A DNA stretch of 31,393 nt from an uncultured Janthinobacterium sp. (GTDB taxonomy: Bacteria; Vulcanimicrobiota; Vulcanimicrobiia; Vulcanimicrobiales; Vulcanimicrobiaceae): the NCBI GenBank assembly GCA_964658025.1, contig CAZZXB010000007.1:11038-42430 (forward strand), in the 5' to 3' direction. A model generated the notes under the pieces. The model saw nothing but the letters and a program-made list of their open reading frames with translations, was not told the DNA's origin and searched no databases. Shown piece after piece: positions 27,733 through 31,393 of the stretch. The position numbers and the translations under genes are program-made. Every line of letters starts with the position of its first letter. Within the stretch, counting starts at the first letter, position 1.

Positions 27733-27962
27733 ACGGACGCATCGTTTCGAAGGAGCCGCGCGCGCGTCCGCTGCGCGCGCGCGAGAAACCCCTCGATTCG
27801 ACGGGGTTCGCGCGACACGATCGTCGCGAAGTCGTTACGAATCGCGTAAGGGGAAAGTGACGGCGCACACGAAGGCGCCTCGACTCTCGATTCTTACGTC
27901 GTGAAGCCCTTCACGTTTTACGTACGTTTACGACCTCGTCTCCGACTAAAGGTGCCTGTCCG

Positions 27963-29786
27963 ATGATACGACCGATCCTTCTGGGAACGGCGCTCGGTGC
28001 GCTTTCCTTGGCCGCCTACGCGACGCCGTCGCAAGCCGCGACGGCCCGCTTCCTCGCCGACGCGAAACCGACGCAGAGCGTCGATTTCACGGTGCACGTT
28101 CCGCTTCGTAATTCTGCCGAGCTCGATCAGCTCGTCGCGTTGCAGGGGAACCCGCGCTCGCCGATGTTCCATCACTTCCTCACGCCCGCGCAGTTCCGCG
28201 CGAGCTTCGCCGCGACGCCCGCGTCCGTCGCGAAGATCGTCGCGTCGCTGCGGAAGTACGGCATCACGGTGAAGCCGTATGGTTCGCAGTTACTGCATGC
28301 GACCGGAACCGCGAGCGCGATCAACGCCGCATTCCACACGCAACTCGGCGTGCGCGTCGACGAACTCGGTCATGCCACGATCGCCGCGCGCTCGCACGTG
28401 ACCGTCCCCGCGGAACTCTCGAGCGCGGGCGCCACGGTCGCCGGCATCGGCGCGACGATCAAGCCCCGTCCGATGTTCGCGAAGTCGCAGCTCCAACCGG
28501 ATAATCGCTCCAGCACGACGGGCGGCTACTGGTTCGACGATCTCAAGCAGGCGTATGCGTACCCATCGTACCAGGCTGCGAACGGCAAAGGCGTGACGGT
28601 CGCGACGGTCGGAGACTCGGACTTCAGTTCGTCCGACGCCGCTCTCTATTTCAAACACGAAGGTCTCACGGCCGGACCCGGCTTCGGGCCCGAACCCGTC
28701 GTCGATCACGTCGTCCTTCCCGGAGCCGCCGCGTTCGATCCCAACGCGGGCATCTCGGACGAAGCGAATCTCGACGTCCAGATGGTCGGCGGCAGCGCGC
28801 CCGGCGCGCACGTCCTCGGCGTTTCGATCGGCGGACCGGGCGAAGCGTTCCTCAACGCGTACGCGTACCTCGACGAGGCGAATTCGGCGGACATCGTGAG
28901 CACGTCGTACGGCGAGTGCGAACTCTATTACACGGCCGCCTACAACAACGGCACCGACTACACGGGCGTGCTGCTCTCGTATCACGACATCTTCCGTCAG
29001 GGCAACGTCGAAGGCATTACCTTCATCTTCAGCTCGGGCGACGAATCGGGCCTGGGTTGCTACCCGGCCGACTACTTAAACCTCCCCGGTACCGGAAAAT
29101 CGTATCCGGCGATCGCCGGCTCCGGAATCTGGGTCGACGATCCGAACGTCACGGGCGTCGGCGGGACGAATCTCATCACGAAACATTCGGCTACGAGCAT
29201 CGACTCGTCGTACGTTTCCGAAAACGAGATCGGCGACCGCATCGTCAAGTACGATCCGTTCGGCACCGGAAACTTCGTCACGAACGGGCTCTGGGGCTCG
29301 GGAAGCGGCACGAGCGTCCTCTTCGCGAAACCGGCTTTCCAGGACGGCATCGCCGCAGGCGGACGCGTGACCCCGGACGTCTCGATGCACATGGGCGGAT
29401 GCCCCTTCGAAGGTGCGGGCGTCGTGGTCAACTGCGCCGCGGGTCGCGACAGCTACGACATCGCGGCGATCGGCGGTCAGTTCTTCGGCCTGATCGGAAC
29501 GAGCGCGTCGGCTCCGGAATTCGCGGGCTTGCTCGCCGTGAAGGAATCGGTCCTCGGAAGCCGCCTCGGAAACGAAAATCTCGATCTCTACGCGCTCGCC
29601 GCGAAGAACGCGTCGGGCAATTACTTCCGCCAGGGCTTCTACGCCTATAACGGCGTCGTGCGGACGACGCCGGCGCAAAAAGGCTACAGCCCGATCCTCG
29701 GCGTCGGAACGCCGATCGGCGCGAACTTCGTCGGCTTGCCGTCGGCGGCGCTCGCGGGGCTCCCGCGCACGCACAGCAATCCCTAA
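27963..29786 (+). CDS. S53 (sedolisin/kumamolisin) serine-carboxyl peptidase with prodomain
   Basis: Signal peptide; prodomain FHHFLTPAQF. Catalytic EANLD, oxyanion SSGDES, PDVS, GTSASAP. Confidence 0.92.
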   Translation: MIRPILLGTALGALSLAAYATPSQAATARFLADAKPTQSVDFTVHVPLRNSAELDQLVALQGNPRSPMFHHFLTPAQFRASFAATPASVAKIVASLRKYGITVKPYGSQLLHATGTASAINAAFHTQLGVRVDELGHATIAARSHVTVPAELSSAGATVAGIGATIKPRPMFAKSQLQPDNRSSTTGGYWFDDLKQAYAYPSYQAANGKGVTVATVGDSDFSSSDAALYFKHEGLTAGPGFGPEPVVDHVVLPGAAAFDPNAGISDEANLDVQMVGGSAPGAHVLGVSIGGPGEAFLNAYAYLDEANSADIVSTSYGECELYYTAAYNNGTDYTGVLLSYHDIFRQGNVEGITFIFSSGDESGLGCYPADYLNLPGTGKSYPAIAGSGIWVDDPNVTGVGGTNLITKHSATSIDSSYVSENEIGDRIVKYDPFGTGNFVTNGLWGSGSGTSVLFAKPAFQDGIAAGGRVTPDVSMHMGGCPFEGAGVVVNCAAGRDSYDIAAIGGQFFGLIGTSASAPEFAGLLAVKESVLGSRLGNENLDLYALAAKNASGNYFRQGFYAYNGVVRTTPAQKGYSPILGVGTPIGANFVGLPSAALAGLPRTHSNP

Positions 29787-29809
29787 CGTACGTCGATAAC
29801 GTAAACGGG

Positions 29810-29842
29810 AAAGGGCTCGCACGCGGTGCGAGCCCTTTTTTT
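29810..29842 (+). terminator. Intrinsic terminator of the S53 gene (possibly bidirectional)
   Basis: AAAGGGCTCGCAC-GCG-GTGCGAGCCC-TTTTTTT. Confidence 0.9.
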
Positions 29843-29844
29843 AT

Positions 29845-29860
29845 GTGATTATATAATCAC
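29845..29860. promoter_or_regulatory. Perfect 16-bp AT-rich palindrome GTGATTATATAATCAC (candidate operator, TATAAT on both strands)
   Basis: The sequence is its own reverse complement and is strongly AT-rich in a very GC-rich background. Confidence 0.6.
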
Positions 29861-30165
29861 GGCCCACACGGGATTCGGTGAGCTAATCCCGGTAGCGCGG
29901 ATCGCGTATCGAAGGGTCGACGCGCGCCGCCACGACGGAGAGGATGCGGCGGTCATCCTCCCGTCGCACGTTGCGGCGAAGAATCGTCGCTCGTGCACCC
30001 GTCGCTCGTTATCGTTTGCGGCGCGGTGGGCATCGGACGGTCCGCGTCGTCGAGGGGCACGTCGGCCACGCGTGACCGGCGTGGGCACGCCGATCGCGCG
30101 AAAACTTCGTCGGCGAACCGTTGCGACGATCGCGGGCGATCCGCGTACGCCCGGGAATCTCCGAG
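29861..30165. other. Structured non-coding segment (candidate ncRNA or MITE-like element)
   Basis: Ends pair with each other (29896-29905 with 30136-30145; 29887-29892 with 30151-30156). Strong internal hairpin at 29933-29966. No credible ORF. Confidence 0.4.
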
Positions 30166-30181
30166 CGACGCCGCTCGCGCA

Positions 30182-31108
30182 TCAACCCGACGCGGACGTC
30201 ACGTCCTCTCGCGCGAGCGCCGCGCGCGCGCGCGCGACGAACGACGCGTCGAGGCCGAGCGCGACGGCGAGATCGAAGGCGCCCGAGTCGGCGTCGCCCG
30301 CATCGTCGGCCACGCGGACCACGCGATAGTCCATCCGCCGCGCGACGCGGTCGAGCGCGGTCGCGAGATCGAGCGGCCCCGCCTCCGCACCGGCGAGCGC
30401 GCCGTGGCCGCGGATCGCGTAGTGCGGCGCCCCCGCGCCGCGCGCGATCCCCGCGAAGTGCGTCGTCGCGAGGCCGACGTCGCCGCGTTCCGCGAGTTCG
30501 CGGACGAGCGCCGCGAGCAGCGCGCCGCCCTCGCGCGGCGATGTCGTGCGCGCGAACTCGTCGACGAGGACGAGCGTCCGGCCCGCGTCGCGCGCCAGGT
30601 GATCGCGGAGGGCGACGAGTTCGCCCCCGAAGGCGCTCAGGAGCGTCGAACGCTCCGGCGCCGCGCCCGCTCCGAGCCAGGCGATCGCCGCGACGAGCGG
30701 GATGCGGCCGGACCGCGCGGCGAGCGGCACGCCGAGCGCGACGCTCGCGACGGCGAACCCGATCGCCCCGAGCGCGGCGCTCTTTCCGCCCATGTTCGCG
30801 CCCGTGAGCACGCCGACGCCCGCGAGGTCGATCGAGATCGGTACGTAGCGCCGGTCGCGCTCGGCGAGCGCGGCCTCGAGCGGAAGGAAGCGCGCTTCCG
30901 CGAGCGCGAGCGACGCGTCGGTTCCGATCTCGGGGACGACGCATCCGTAGCGCCGCGCGTACGCGACGCGTCCGAGCAAGAGATCGATCGTGCCGATCGC
31001 GAGCGCGATCCCCTCGAGCGCGGGCGCCGCCGCGGCGACGCGTCCGCTCAGGGCGGCGCGCGCGTCGTCTTCCACGGCCGCCGCGCGTTCGTCCGCGCGT
31101 TCGAGCGC
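30182..31108 (-). CDS. MutS domain V ATPase, KamC-like (lysine 5,6-aminomutase reactivase type); 5' part missing
   Basis: Walker A LTGANMGGKS, LLSAFGGE, Walker B LVDEFARTTSPREG, TTHF, MDYRV, LGL. The N-terminal part is replaced by unrelated sequence. Confidence 0.7.
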   Translation of the reverse strand, partial: ALERADERAAAVEDDARAALSGRVAAAAPALEGIALAIGTIDLLLGRVAYARRYGCVVPEIGTDASLALAEARFLPLEAALAERDRRYVPISIDLAGVGVLTGANMGGKSAALGAIGFAVASVALGVPLAARSGRIPLVAAIAWLGAGAAPERSTLLSAFGGELVALRDHLARDAGRTLVLVDEFARTTSPREGGALLAALVRELAERGDVGLATTHFAGIARGAGAPHYAIRGHGALAGAEAGPLDLATALDRVARRMDYRVVRVADDAGDADSGAFDLAVALGLDASFVARARAALAREDVTSASG

Positions 31109-31247
31109 GGCGAGCCCCGCCGCCGAGGGCAGCCGGGTCCACGCGTCCGGCGGGATGTCGCCGACGGGATAGGGGTGCGGGTTGATGCCGGTCGAGAGAT
31201 CGACCCATGGCTGCGGCGCCCCCGGATAGAGCCGCCGCGCGACGTCG
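31100..31247 (-). other. cobD: Fragment of threonine-phosphate decarboxylase (CobD/CobC-type) N-terminus
   Basis: Translates [41 protein letters not shown], containing the CobD N-terminal motif W.DLSTGINP.PYP. No start codon; in frame with the KamC-like ORF. Confidence 0.75.
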
Positions 31248-31393
31248 CGGGTGCCCGGGTCGGCCGGCAGCTTGCTGGACGCGAAGGCGCGCGGCGCGGA
31301 TGTCCGGTTCGTCTACTCCCCACTGGATGCGCTGAAGGTCGCGATCGACAACCCCGACAAACACGTGGTGTTCTTCGCCATCGGGTTTGAGAC
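31248..31393 (+). other. hypD: Internal fragment of hydrogenase maturation protein HypD
   Basis: Translates [49 protein letters not shown], a strongly conserved HypD segment. The expected upstream FGDM is absent. Confidence 0.85.

Noticed and set aside
27733..27962. Hairpins and ACGT-rich words upstream of the S53 gene, loosely echoed at 29785-29806
   Set aside because: Matches are only 8-9 bp and not colinear; adequately explained as a divergent promoter region.
29876..29897. GTGAGCTAATCCCGGTAGC resembles the 3' end of the c-di-AMP (ydaO) riboswitch
   Set aside because: The 5' half of the aptamer is absent (a terminator and the palindrome lie upstream) and no gene follows on that strand.
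29861..30165. Large SRP RNA, RNase P RNA, tmRNA or cobalamin riboswitch
   Set aside because: No SRP helix-8 CAGG/GGAA/AGCA, no GAGGAAAGUCC, no tRNA-like ends and no complete B12 box on either strand.
30182..31108. mutS or mutS2 mismatch-repair gene
   Set aside because: Only the ATPase domain is present, with no Smr domain; the DEFARTT motif and proximity to kce fit a KamC-like protein better.

Overview
A very GC- and CpG-rich bacterial chromosomal window. The gene mix (stalk-domain protein, S53 peptidase, YncE-phosphoesterase, OprB) is compatible with a diderm soil lineage such as Eremiobacterota/Vulcanimicrobiota; this is inference only. The left end holds a plus-strand iron/peroxide-type cassette (OprB porin, secreted NHL-like propeller, EfeB-like DyP peroxidase) and an NTF2/SnoaL protein. 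A long minus-strand run follows (27732 down to 4386): kce, oppB/oppC-like permeases, tRNA-Leu(GAG) with a clear sigma70 promoter and terminator, an RND permease, a stalk-domain protein, an SDR, a GT39, mmcB, dacB, tldD, tldE, an OmpR-family regulator, a YncE/phosphoesterase, a DDAH-fold protein, a metallophosphoesterase, an ABC-2 pair and a TlpA-TPR protein. The right end has a plus-strand sedolisin, a 16-bp AT-rich palindrome, a ~300-nt structured non-coding stretch and a 5'-truncated KamC-like MutS-V ATPase. The last ~290 bp are a mosaic of cobD and hypD fragments, probably an assembly chimera. Best leads: (1) the candidate structured RNA/MITE at 29861-30165 behind the palindrome; (2) a DDAH-fold protein that has lost its catalytic Cys and His; (3) two genes that appear to start at CTG; (4) a secreted TlpA-TPR-CxxxxC fusion. 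No CRISPR array, integrase or transposase was seen.
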